A stretch of 64,000 bases of DNA from the NCBI GenBank assembly GCA_963767925.1, contig CAVYGB010000008.1, positions 928,001-992,000 on the forward strand, given 5' to 3'. Below the pieces are notes generated by a model that saw only the letters and a program-made list of their open reading frames with translations, was not told the origin of the DNA and did not search any database. Each line of letters begins with the position of its first letter. Within the stretch, counting starts at the first letter, position 1. Position numbers and translations under genes: made by a program. The stretch comes from an uncultured delta proteobacterium (GTDB lineage Bacteria > Myxococcota_A > Polyangia > Fen-1088). Shown here one piece after another: positions 11,724 through 21,034 of this stretch.

Positions 11724-12419
11724 ATGACGGAAAAGACCCGAAAAGCAGCCATCCGCCGCGCCCCGTTGAGCCGGGAGAAGGTGCTGCAGGCGGCGCTGCG
11801 CATGGCGGATCGGAGCAGCCTCGAAGCGCTCTCGATGCGCAACCTGGCCCAGGCGCTGAAGGTCAAGCCGATGTCGCTCTACAATCACGTGGCCAGCAAG
11901 GAGGACCTCCTGGACGGCCTGGTGGAGCTGGTGGCGGGCGAGATCGAGGTGCCGGCGATCGGCGGCGACTGGAAGGTGGCCCTGCGCCAGCGGGCGCGTT
12001 CGGCCCACGCGGTCCTCATGCGGCACCCCTGGGCGACGATGTTGTTCGTCGCGCGGATGAACATCGGTCCCTGCATGTTGCGCTACGTGGACGCGACCAT
12101 CGGCTGCCTGCGCGCGGCCGGCTTCTCCTATCCGATGGCCGATCACGCCTGGAACGCGGTCGACGCGTACATCTACGGCTTCACCCTCCAGAAGCTGAAC
12201 TTCCCGCTCGATCCCTCCGAATACGGGCCGGCCGCCCAGCAGTTCCTCCCCCTGATCCCGGTCGAGCGGTTCCCCTACCTGCACGGGATGTCCCAGGAGG
12301 TGATCGCCGGCCGCCACGACGGCATGCACCAGCTCGAGTTCGGCCTCGAGCACATCCTCGATGGACTCGAGCGGATGTGGGAGGGGAGCGGAGGCCCCGC
12401 GATCCGCGTCGGCAAGTGA
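11724..12419 (+). CDS. TetR-family transcriptional regulator (TetR_C-type)
   Basis: LSREKVL..LSMRNLAQALKVKPMSLYNHV..KEDLL HTH; EFGLEHILDG C-terminus. Confidence 0.92.
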   Translation: MTEKTRKAAIRRAPLSREKVLQAALRMADRSSLEALSMRNLAQALKVKPMSLYNHVASKEDLLDGLVELVAGEIEVPAIGGDWKVALRQRARSAHAVLMRHPWATMLFVARMNIGPCMLRYVDATIGCLRAAGFSYPMADHAWNAVDAYIYGFTLQKLNFPLDPSEYGPAAQQFLPLIPVERFPYLHGMSQEVIAGRHDGMHQLEFGLEHILDGLERMWEGSGGPAIRVGK

Positions 12420-12461
12420 ACCGGACCGGGCGGCGCTCGCCGCCGCCGGGCCTCCGGAGCC

Positions 12462-13994
12462 TCAGCGCTTCCGGATCCGGGGCAGCGCCCGCCGGGCCGC
12501 CATGCGGGCCAGGTCGACCCGCCCGGGCCGGGTCATCCGGGCCAGCTCCTCGAAGCGCCGTCGTCCCGCTCGCGTGCGATCCAGGTTGATGGCGGGGTGG
12601 GCCCGGTAGGCCCGGGAGAGGGCCTGCACCACGTCGGGCAACGTGGGGGCCAGGTTCACCGACTCGGTGAAGTCCCGGGACAGATCGTAGAGCTCGGCGG
12701 CGGCCGTCTTCCGCTGCACGAGGACCTTGAAGGGCCACTGGATGACGGCGAACTGGTCGGTCTCGTTGAGGACCAGGGTGCGCGGCTGCTCGTCGAGGGG
12801 GACCTTGACCAGGCTGGGCAGCAGGCTCCGGCCGGCGTCCATCGAGGGGGGGACGCGCAGGCCGAGCAGGTCGAGCAGCGTGATCGGCACGTCGAGCAGG
12901 CTGGCCGGGCGGGGGTCGTCGCCCCCCTCGAGTCCGGGGATGGCGATGGCCAGCGGGACGTGGACCAGTGGGTTGTAAAGGACGCGCCCGTGGTTCTCGG
13001 GCAAGCGGGGATCTTCCTGGAGGCTCTCGCCGTGGTCGGACGCGAAGACAACGATTGTGTCGTCGGCCAATCCCCGGCTGGCGATCCCCTCGAAGAGGCG
13101 GCCCAGGGCGGCGTCGGTGATCCCCAGGAGCGCGGCGTATTTCTCGGCGGAGTCCCGGGCTGCGCGCCCTTCGTTCTGGCTGGCGATCGCCGGGAGGTTG
13201 GCGGGGAACTGGTGGTGCTCGTGAAGGTCGAAGTAGTGGAGCCACAGGAAGAAGGGACCGCTCCGCTCCGGGCTGGCGCCGTCCAGCCAGCGGTCGATGA
13301 ACGACAGCCCCAGGTTCGTCGTGCGGTACGAGCTGACGCCCTGGGGGACGTTGGGCTTGCCGGGATCGGTCACGAGGATGTCGTGGCCCCGCAGACCGCG
13401 GGTCAACATCGTCTTGCTGGTGGCGCGCACCACCTCCCTCGGCAACACGGCGTGGCTGCGGAGCCCAGCGGCGCTCAGGATCTCGGGCAGCGTGAAGTCG
13501 GCGCCCGACATGGGATCCAGGCTTCCGGTGAGGAGCCCACCCATGCACAGGTCGGTCCCTGCGGCGGGGGCGAAGGTGTTGGTGAACCAGCGCGCGCGCT
13601 GTCGGAGAGCGGCGATGTTGGGCAGTCGGGCCAGGGTGGCCGGGTCCCCCAGCGGCTCCGCCCGCAGGGCGTCGACAACCACGAGGAGGATGTTCATGTC
13701 CCGGGCCCGCGCCAGCAGCGAGGCGACCTCCGGGTCCCGGCGCCAGCGTCGTCCGCGGGGCCGGGGGGCGTCCGCGCCTGGCAACAGCCCCGGCGGTCGG
13801 TCCTCCGGGCCGGGAGGAAGGGTGGCCGGGCCCGCGCTGCCGATGCGGACGGCGGGGGGGCCGGGATCGCTCTTCTCGCAGCTCGGACAGGCGACCGGGG
13901 CCGGGACCGGGTTGGCGCGCGCCGGGTCCATCGGCCAGGGCATTGCGCAGAGCAGCGCCGCAGCCGCCAGCGCCGGGAATGAGCGAACCTTCAT
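12462..13994 (-). CDS. Exported sulfatase-like hydrolase/transferase (alkaline phosphatase superfamily)
   Basis: Signal peptide, NILLVVVDALR, WLHYFDLH, ASDHGE, HVPL. Confidence 0.85.
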   Translation of the reverse strand: MKVRSFPALAAAALLCAMPWPMDPARANPVPAPVACPSCEKSDPGPPAVRIGSAGPATLPPGPEDRPPGLLPGADAPRPRGRRWRRDPEVASLLARARDMNILLVVVDALRAEPLGDPATLARLPNIAALRQRARWFTNTFAPAAGTDLCMGGLLTGSLDPMSGADFTLPEILSAAGLRSHAVLPREVVRATSKTMLTRGLRGHDILVTDPGKPNVPQGVSSYRTTNLGLSFIDRWLDGASPERSGPFFLWLHYFDLHEHHQFPANLPAIASQNEGRAARDSAEKYAALLGITDAALGRLFEGIASRGLADDTIVVFASDHGESLQEDPRLPENHGRVLYNPLVHVPLAIAIPGLEGGDDPRPASLLDVPITLLDLLGLRVPPSMDAGRSLLPSLVKVPLDEQPRTLVLNETDQFAVIQWPFKVLVQRKTAAAELYDLSRDFTESVNLAPTLPDVVQALSRAYRAHPAINLDRTRAGRRRFEELARMTRPGRVDLARMAARRALPRIRKR

Positions 13995-14142
13995 ACGGGC
14001 TTCGGATACTACATACAACGCCATCCCCTCCGCGATACCGCCGATGGGCGCGCTTCGTCGGAGGGCGCGTCCAGGCCCGCGCTCCGCGAGCCGCCCGGTC
14101 CGGTCGCGATGGGATACCCTGGTGGCATGGCGGGAGGGTGGC

Positions 14143-15324
14143 GTGGCAAGGCGTGAGGGCGCCTGGGTGGTGGGGCGGCCGCAGTACCTCCCGGACTACC
14201 AGCGGGCGTTCCAGCGACGCGGGTTCGCCATGGAGCTGGTCGACCCGGAGCAAGTCCTGGCCCGGCTGGCGGAGAGCGCCGTGCGGCCGACCTTCGTCGT
14301 CGATTGTGCGCCCCTGTCGCCGCTACACGCGCGCGTTCGGGAGGTGGGCGTCACCGTCGTCAACTTGCCCTTCGACCAGTGGTACTTCTCGCCCCGGATC
14401 ACGTTGCCGCCCTGCGAGGCGATGCCCGCCGAGCACCTGGTGTTCACGCTGGCGCCGGAGCAGGTCGCGCCCTTCCGGGCCGCCGGATATGCCCACGTGG
14501 AGCATATGTTGTTCGGCGTCGACATCGAGCACTTCGACGAGCGGCCGCTCGACGAGGCGGACGCCGCGCGCTACCGGGCCGAGGTCTGTTTCGTGGGCAG
14601 CTCCCTGCGCGACCACGTCCCGGTGGACGCGTTCACCCAGACGCTGCGCAAGCACCCCGACAACCCCGCGGTCCGGGACTGGATCGCGGAGCTGTCCCGG
14701 CGGGTGGCGCCGTTCGACTACCGCCTGCCGGAGATCCTGCAGGAGATGGAGCGCGAGGCCGAGCTGTCGATCGGCGACAGCTGGGAGCTCACCCCTGCGA
14801 AGGAGAGCTGGTGCATCCTCGGCGGGATCAAGCTGTCGGAGCGCGAGCGGCTGGGGGTGGTCCGGGCCCTCTCCCGGTTCGACCTGGCGCTGTACGGATC
14901 GCCCGACTGGCGCGCGCAGCTCGCGGGGGACGCGGCGCTGGGCTGTTACCGGGGCGAGGCAGACTGGGGGGAGGAGCTGCCGAAGGTCATCAAGGGCGCG
15001 GCGGCGAACGTCAACGTCTCGAAGGCGATGTTTCCCACCGGGGTCTGCCCGCGCATCTTCGAGACGCTGGCCTGCGGGCGGCTGCTGCTGTCCAACCCCA
15101 TCCCGGCGGTGCTGGCTACCTTCGAGGAGGACCGGGAGATCGTCGCTTACCGCTCGTATGCCGAGCTGATCGACAAGGTCCGCCACTACCTCGCCCACCC
15201 CGACGCGGCGGCCGAGATCGGCCGGCGGGGCCGGGCGGCCATCGTGGCCCGGCACGGTGTCCAGGCCCGGGTCGATCGCATCGTCCAGGTCCTCGAGGAA
15301 CGGGGCCTGGTGCGCCGGGTGTAG
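14143..15324 (+). CDS. Glycosyltransferase, CgeB/GT-B (Glyco_trans_1_2-like)
   Basis: GGAGGG then GTG 14143; VCFVG, PRIFETLACG, ELIDKVRHYL..H, R..G..A. Confidence 0.82.
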   Translation: MARREGAWVVGRPQYLPDYQRAFQRRGFAMELVDPEQVLARLAESAVRPTFVVDCAPLSPLHARVREVGVTVVNLPFDQWYFSPRITLPPCEAMPAEHLVFTLAPEQVAPFRAAGYAHVEHMLFGVDIEHFDERPLDEADAARYRAEVCFVGSSLRDHVPVDAFTQTLRKHPDNPAVRDWIAELSRRVAPFDYRLPEILQEMEREAELSIGDSWELTPAKESWCILGGIKLSERERLGVVRALSRFDLALYGSPDWRAQLAGDAALGCYRGEADWGEELPKVIKGAAANVNVSKAMFPTGVCPRIFETLACGRLLLSNPIPAVLATFEEDREIVAYRSYAELIDKVRHYLAHPDAAAEIGRRGRAAIVARHGVQARVDRIVQVLEERGLVRRV

Positions 15325-15728
15325 CTTCACTCGTCCCGACGGCGGTGGGCCGCGAGGGCGACGGCCCCCGTCGCGCGCAAGGAGTGCCGGTGGCTGAAGG
15401 TGGCTGGCGGACGCAGCGGCCATGGCCTTTCTCCGATGCAGGGGAACCCAGGAAAGCCGCGGCGTCCGCGTTCTGCGGGCAGGGCGATGCCCGGCCCGCC
15501 AGCGACGCCGGCGGTCTCTTCCCCTACTGGGCAGGAGGACTTTTTCGCCTGACGTCTTCCGCCAGGCAGAGGCGGCAGCCGCAGCTCCCGCTGGCGGCAA
15601 CCCCCGCCTCACGGCAGTCTCCAGACCGTGGAGGGACCGCCGGTCGAGGCCAGCGGCCACTCGGGACTGTCTCGCCTCGTCGCCGGCCTCCCTGGAATGG
15701 CGGTGGGGCCGGCGCCGGCGAGACGGGG

Positions 15729-17546
15729 CTAGGCGCCGCCGTCGGGGGGACCGCAGGTGGCGGTGGCGCTGGTGGGTGCCCCGCTGCAGGCCAGGCCGCC
15801 CTGGCAGGGCGTCTGCCCGTCACCCGAGCAGCAGCTCTGGCCCATGCCACCGCAGGGGCGGCAGGCCTCCATCGCGCAGCGGAAGCCAGCCTGGCAGGCC
15901 GGGCCGCTGATGCAGCAGGGCTGTCCCGTGCCGCCGCAGGTGGCGCAGGTCCCGGTCACCCCCGTGTCGGAGTTGCGGCCGCTGCAGCCGAGTCCGGCCC
16001 CGCAGTCGCCTTCGTCGCCGATCCCGCAGCAGGCCTGGCCGGCCGCGCCGCAGGCTCCGCACTTGCGTCCGGTGGGCGCGAGGATGCACGAGGTGGCCGT
16101 TGCGCACTCCATGACCCCGCCGCCGCCGCTGCAGCAGGCCTGGTCCGCGGCGCCGCAGGCGCCACAGGTGCCGGGGTTGCTGCCGATCCGGCCCGCACAG
16201 CCCAGGCCGGTGCTGCAGCCGCCGCCGCCGCCGGTGCCGCAGCAGGGCTGGCCCATGCCCCCGCACGCGCGGCAGGTGTTGCCGGCCGCGGCCACCACGC
16301 AGTCCATACCGCTCTGGCAGGCATCGCCGTCTTCGCAGCAGGTCTGGCCAGGCCCACCGCACGCCTGGCACATCCCCAGGGCTGTCGCGCTCCGGCCGAC
16401 GCAGGTCTGCCCGGTCTGGCAGTCCCCGCCGCCGCCGGTGCCGCAGCAGGGCTGGCCCGCGCCGCCGCAGGTGCCGCACTTGTTGCCCGCGGCGTTGCGC
16501 AGGCAGCCCAGGGCGCCTTCACAGGCCCGCCCGTCGCCGCAGCAGGCCTGGTCGTTCTTGCCGCAGGCCTGGCAGGTGCCCCCGGCGCCCATGGTCGCGC
16601 CCAGGCAGGTGAGGCCGGTCTGACAGTTGGCGCCCGGGCAACACGCGCCGCCGGCGGCGCCGCAGGTGGCGCAGGTGGCCTCCACCGCGCCGGGGGGATC
16701 GGAGCAGCCCAGCCCGCTGTTGCAGGAATCGTCCTCGCAGCAGCGCCCGCCCGCGGTCCCGCAGGGCAGGCAGCGATCCGGCGCGCCCGCCACGCCGTCG
16801 GCGCAGACCAGGCCGCCGTTGCAGACGTCGTCGGCGCAGCAGGCCTGATCGGCCGCTCCGCACTTGGCGCAGAGGTCGGGCTGTCCCATCGCTCCGTCGA
16901 TACAGGCCAGGCCGGTGCCGCAGGCGTTGGCGTCCGAGCCCTGACAGCAGGTCTGCCCGTCCGCACCACAGCCAACGCACATGCCGGCGGTACAGCGGGC
17001 CGAGTCGCCGGTGCAGAACCCACCGCTCAGCGCGCCGCCGTCACCCGGGGTGCCGCCGCAACAGGTCTGGCCGCTGGCCCCGCAGGGGGCGCCGCTGGCG
17101 CTCGCACAGGAGCCGGCGGTGCAGGTGCCGCTGGCGCCCGCGCTGGAACAGGACTGCCCGGCCGCGATGCAGACGCGGGCGCTCCCTCCGCTCGAGGTGG
17201 GGACGCAGCAGGCGGCCCCTTCACACACGTTCGAGGCACAGCAGGCCTGTCCGGGCGCACCGCAGGGCCCGGGCGCGGCCGGTCCGCCGGTGCCCCCCAT
17301 GGGCGCGCCGGCGCCCCCCATGGGCGCGGGGCTGCCGCCCACCGGGGCGGGGCCGCCGTCGCTCCCGCCGCTGCCGGCAGCGCCCCCCGCCGGGCTGTCG
17401 CCCCCGCCACAGGAGAGGCCCGGTCCGACCGCGGCCCATCCCAGCAGCACCACCGTCGCCGCCCTCAGGCTCCAGGCGAGGGACGGACGGTGACGGCGGG
17501 CGGCCTGGGTGGGGGTCAGTTGCTCTGGGCAAGGCTTGGTCGTCAT
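15729..17546 (-). CDS. Cys-rich tandem-repeat lipoprotein
   Basis: GAGGAGG RBS, lipobox GLSC, 14 CG-x2-[GD]-[QG]-x-CC units. Confidence 0.85.
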   Translation of the reverse strand: MTTKPCPEQLTPTQAARRHRPSLAWSLRAATVVLLGWAAVGPGLSCGGGDSPAGGAAGSGGSDGGPAPVGGSPAPMGGAGAPMGGTGGPAAPGPCGAPGQACCASNVCEGAACCVPTSSGGSARVCIAAGQSCSSAGASGTCTAGSCASASGAPCGASGQTCCGGTPGDGGALSGGFCTGDSARCTAGMCVGCGADGQTCCQGSDANACGTGLACIDGAMGQPDLCAKCGAADQACCADDVCNGGLVCADGVAGAPDRCLPCGTAGGRCCEDDSCNSGLGCSDPPGAVEATCATCGAAGGACCPGANCQTGLTCLGATMGAGGTCQACGKNDQACCGDGRACEGALGCLRNAAGNKCGTCGGAGQPCCGTGGGGDCQTGQTCVGRSATALGMCQACGGPGQTCCEDGDACQSGMDCVVAAAGNTCRACGGMGQPCCGTGGGGGCSTGLGCAGRIGSNPGTCGACGAADQACCSGGGGVMECATATSCILAPTGRKCGACGAAGQACCGIGDEGDCGAGLGCSGRNSDTGVTGTCATCGGTGQPCCISGPACQAGFRCAMEACRPCGGMGQSCCSGDGQTPCQGGLACSGAPTSATATCGPPDGGA

Positions 17547-17758
17547 CCTGGGTCCTCCTCGGGTGCGGGTGAGCGGCCTCCAGATTAGTGCCGCGATCCG
17601 CGTCGATGTCGTCAAAGGTACGGGATTGGCGCACGGTCGCGCAGGGCCGGACAGGATAGACCGAAAATGCTCAAAGAAACCGCTGGGCAACGTTCCTGGA
17701 GCAGCGCGCCCGGTCTTTTACCGGGACCCGCTGAGGAGGGGCGGCGCGGCAGGAACCG

Positions 17759-20700
17759 TCACTGTTCGCGGCAGTCGGCCGGGATCTCGACCGGGCCGAA
17801 GGCGTAGGGCCGAGCCTGCTTGATCACGAGGGAGCGGGTGGGTCCCACCAGCTTCCACTCCGATTCCATGGCGAACCAGCGGTTGGCGCTGCTCGGATCG
17901 ATGCGGGGGGCGAAGTGGCTGTGCACCGCCCGCATGAGGCAGGCGATGCGGGCGACCTCCGCGGGCTGCAGCACCGGGGTGGCGATCAGGCTGCTGCGCG
18001 ACAGATAGGTGGACGGCGGATCTTTCCACCAGGCGTAAGTCATCGACTCGCTCGCCACGCCGGGGGCCGGGTTGGTGACGCTGGCCTCACCGGCCTGGGC
18101 GTTGAGGTAGTGGACGCTCCCGTAGATCGGGTTGCTGATGTCGCGGCTGACCGCCACCCCGTTGGCCCGCTCCACCCCGTCGTAGGCCTGATGAACCAGC
18201 ACCGCCATCGCCACCTGGCTCTGGTCGACGTTGCCGAGCTCGCGCTCGTCGTAGGCCCGCTCGGCCCACAGGCTGGCCCACACCGCCCGCAGGCCGTCGG
18301 CGAGCACCCGCTCGGGATCGCCGAGCGCGGCGCTCACCGAGGTGTAGAGGCCCGCCCCGCTGAAGCTCGGCAGGTCTTCGGTGTTGCTGCTCGAGCGCAG
18401 ACGGAAGCGCGCCTCGCCGAAGGCGGCCCGGGCGCCGCTCTCCACCTGCGCCAGGAGGGCCGCGTCGACGGGGTGGCTCAGGATGGCGCTGCGAACCTGC
18501 TCGAGGGCGGTGGCCCGGATGGCGGCGTCGCGGGCGAACTCCGGCCGCGCCCGCCAGCCTTGGAGCAGGGCCCGGGCGCCGCTGCCCTCGAAGTGCTCGA
18601 GCGAATGGACCACGGGCAACGCGTAGGCCACCGGCGGCACCGGCACCGGTCCCGGGCAATCGGCCTCGGTCGACTGCACGCGCATCAGCTCCGCGAGCTG
18701 CGCCGCCTTGGCCCCCAGCGCGGGCAGGCGGTCCAGGCCATGTAGCCGCAGGTCCTGCAGGCCCCGCAAGGTGAGATCGATCCGGGGCAGGATCTTCTCG
18801 CCCCGGGGCTTGCGGGACTCCCAGAAGGCCTGGGCCTCGGTTGTCGTCGCCGCGCGCACGGTGAAGCCCCCGCCGTCGACCTGCAGGCGGACCAGCGTCT
18901 CGAACAGGGGGGCCAGGCGGGCGTCCTGACGGGCGGAGACCAGGGCCATGTTGGGCGTGCCCCGGTTCCGGGTCAGCACCCCCACGTGGGACAGGGGGGT
19001 CTGGAAGGCCTCCGTGATCAGCCCGCCGACAAGCGGCACGTCGTTGGGGACGTCATCGGTGACAACGATGACATCGGGACCCAGCCGGGCCCGGGCCAGC
19101 TCGGCGGCCGGAACGAAACGCAGGACCCCGAAGCCCAGACCGGGCGTGATGGGCTGGAAGGTCTGATCCCGGAACGGCGCATTCGGCTCGAGCAGGGGCA
19201 AGGTCCCTTCGATCGCCTTCAGAAGCGCCACTTGCCGTCCCTGGGCCCGGACCGCCCAGGCGCTCGGTCGGGGGGTGCGGGCTGCTACCGCGAAGAAGGC
19301 CCGCCGCATCTGCTCGGCGCTGATCAGATCGGAGCTATCGAACTCCAGGGTCTGGACCCCGGAGCCGCCGTGGCGAACCAGGGTGGCCAGCAGGAAACGC
19401 CGGCCCGCGGTCTGGAAGTACTCTCGATCGGAGAAGGCCCGCCACCCGACATCGAAGGTGGCGGCCTGCGCCGGGTCGCAGCGATCCAGCCGCGGCTCGC
19501 CGAAGATGCGCTCGCGGATGAAGGTGTAGTGCAGCGACCATTGCCGGGCAGCGAGGAAATGCACGGTGTCCCCCGCCGCCATGTCCACCACCACCTTGGA
19601 GGCCAGCCCCTCCAGCCCGGTGCCACCTTCGCCCAGGGCCTGCAGGTCGCCCGGCGTGAGGAGCTGGCGCACCCGGTCGCCCACCTCGCGCGCGGGCAGC
19701 GGGCCGCAGCGGTCGTTTGTCGCTCCGGGCGTGGCCCGGGCGCAGAGCCGGTAGGCCACCGCGCCGCCCGCGTCGTCGCTGGCGAGCGCCAGGGTGGCTC
19801 CCTCTGGTAGCGCCAGGAAGTCGAGCCGGTGCAAGGGGGTGGCGTCGGCCCGGCGGAAGATCGTCACCACGCCCTCCATCTGCGAGGACGTGGCGCTCGC
19901 GCCGAACAGGGCGGCCAGGGTGCCGGCGGGCAGCGGGACCATCAGCCGCTCGCCGGGTGCGATCGATCCGCCGCGGGGCCAGGCCAGCTCGATCCCGTCG
20001 CGCTCGCCCGCCCAGGCGCTGCCCGGCTCCAGGCGGGTCATGCGCAGGGTGTGGCCGGCGAGGTCCAGCGCGGTGGCGTCGAGGTTGGCCACCTCGACGA
20101 AGCCGCTGGGGCGCAGGGCGATCTCGGTGACGGCCAGGCTTCCGGCCGGCTGACCGAAGCCGCCGGGCCAGGTGAACCCGGCGAACCGCACCTCCTCCGG
20201 CAGCTCGGTGGGCAAGGGCGGCCCGCAGGTGGGGCCGTTGACCCGGCCCGGACTGGCGTAGCGGCAGATCGCGAAGCCGCCGCCGTCGGGGAACCGGGCG
20301 TAGGCCACGTTGGTCTCGAGCGCGGGATAGTCGATGGCGTCGGCCAGCGCCCCCCCCACCTCGCGCAGCTCGACCCGTCCCCCGCGGGCGGCCAGCCGGA
20401 AGCCGAGGTGGGCCGGGCCCTGCTCGGGCGATCCGTCGGCCCACAGGAGCGCGGTCTCTCCCGGCGCCAGCCGGCGCGCGGGCAGGGGGTGGGGACGCCC
20501 GCCGTCGCTCAAGGTGAACCCGGCCAGGTCGATCGGCGCGGAGCTGCCGTTGCGCAGCTCGATCCAGTCGTCGGCCTGTCCGACCTCGTCGATCTGGAAG
20601 CCGTCGTCGTCGGCGCACAGCTCGTTGATCCGGAGGCCGGCCCCCGCCGCGCTGTCCCCCGATCCGTCCCGCGAGCCGTCGGCCGGCCCACCGTCGCCTC

Positions 20701-20821
20701 CACCGGGCCGCGGCGGTGGCGATTGCCCGCCGCAACCGATGTCGGGCAGCGCTGCCGCGACAAGCGTCAGAATTGCGAGAGTCCGTCCGGCCCGGGCCGG
20801 GGTTGTCGGGGTGAACGGCAT
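17759..20821 (-). CDS. Lipoprotein with lamin-tail domain(s), phospho-His swivel domain and PEP/pyruvate-binding (PPDK_N ATP-grasp) domain
   Basis: Signal ending IGC; LRINELCADD..DWIELRN..DLAGFTLSD (LTD); GLITEAFQTPLSHVGVLTRNRGTP (swivel His); GAKAAQL, RLRSSSNTED..SGAGLY, VWASLW, MAVLVHQ, KQARP (ATP-grasp). Confidence 0.85.
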   Translation of the reverse strand: MPFTPTTPARAGRTLAILTLVAAALPDIGCGGQSPPPRPGGGDGGPADGSRDGSGDSAAGAGLRINELCADDDGFQIDEVGQADDWIELRNGSSAPIDLAGFTLSDGGRPHPLPARRLAPGETALLWADGSPEQGPAHLGFRLAARGGRVELREVGGALADAIDYPALETNVAYARFPDGGGFAICRYASPGRVNGPTCGPPLPTELPEEVRFAGFTWPGGFGQPAGSLAVTEIALRPSGFVEVANLDATALDLAGHTLRMTRLEPGSAWAGERDGIELAWPRGGSIAPGERLMVPLPAGTLAALFGASATSSQMEGVVTIFRRADATPLHRLDFLALPEGATLALASDDAGGAVAYRLCARATPGATNDRCGPLPAREVGDRVRQLLTPGDLQALGEGGTGLEGLASKVVVDMAAGDTVHFLAARQWSLHYTFIRERIFGEPRLDRCDPAQAATFDVGWRAFSDREYFQTAGRRFLLATLVRHGGSGVQTLEFDSSDLISAEQMRRAFFAVAARTPRPSAWAVRAQGRQVALLKAIEGTLPLLEPNAPFRDQTFQPITPGLGFGVLRFVPAAELARARLGPDVIVVTDDVPNDVPLVGGLITEAFQTPLSHVGVLTRNRGTPNMALVSARQDARLAPLFETLVRLQVDGGGFTVRAATTTEAQAFWESRKPRGEKILPRIDLTLRGLQDLRLHGLDRLPALGAKAAQLAELMRVQSTEADCPGPVPVPPVAYALPVVHSLEHFEGSGARALLQGWRARPEFARDAAIRATALEQVRSAILSHPVDAALLAQVESGARAAFGEARFRLRSSSNTEDLPSFSGAGLYTSVSAALGDPERVLADGLRAVWASLWAERAYDERELGNVDQSQVAMAVLVHQAYDGVERANGVAVSRDISNPIYGSVHYLNAQAGEASVTNPAPGVASESMTYAWWKDPPSTYLSRSSLIATPVLQPAEVARIACLMRAVHSHFAPRIDPSSANRWFAMESEWKLVGPTRSLVIKQARPYAFGPVEIPADCREQ

Positions 20822-20846
20822 GGAATCTTCCTCGCTCCCACCCCAC

Positions 20847-20949
20847 AGCAAGGGTCGGGCCGGACCCCGGGCCCTCGAGCGGGGCACCGGCGGGAGGTGG
20901 CCGCCGGTACGCCCCCGTCCCACGACCGGAATGTCGCGATCCGGTCGTG
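20847..20949 (-). promoter_or_regulatory. Putative sigma54 promoter with an upstream palindromic activator site
   Basis: Minus strand CGGCCC-GACCC-TTGCT (20847-20862; canonical GG..GC spacing); perfect 10-bp inverted repeat CACGACCGGA-N9-TCCGGTCGTG (20921-20949). Confidence 0.6.
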
Positions 20950-21034
20950 ATCTCCATCGGCACCCGGGCGCGAATCCCGAGCGAGCCCGGGGGATCCTGC
21001 CGCTGGTCGACAAACCGTGGCACAATGACCGGCG

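Noticed and set aside
15612..15627. Minus-strand GTCTGGAGACTGCC resembling the end of a cobalamin-riboswitch B12 box
   Set aside because: The upstream core motifs (GGGAA, GCCCCCGCnACTGT) are absent and there is no downstream gene on that strand to regulate.
15760..17270. Recurring GCAGCAGG/CCGCAG nucleotide repeats as a possible CRISPR array
   Set aside because: They are degenerate codon-level repeats of the Cys-rich protein; no identical direct repeats with unique spacers and no cas genes.
17759..20821. Annotation as PEP synthase, PPDK or rifampin phosphotransferase
   Set aside because: No pyruvate-binding barrel, a different domain order and an export signal.
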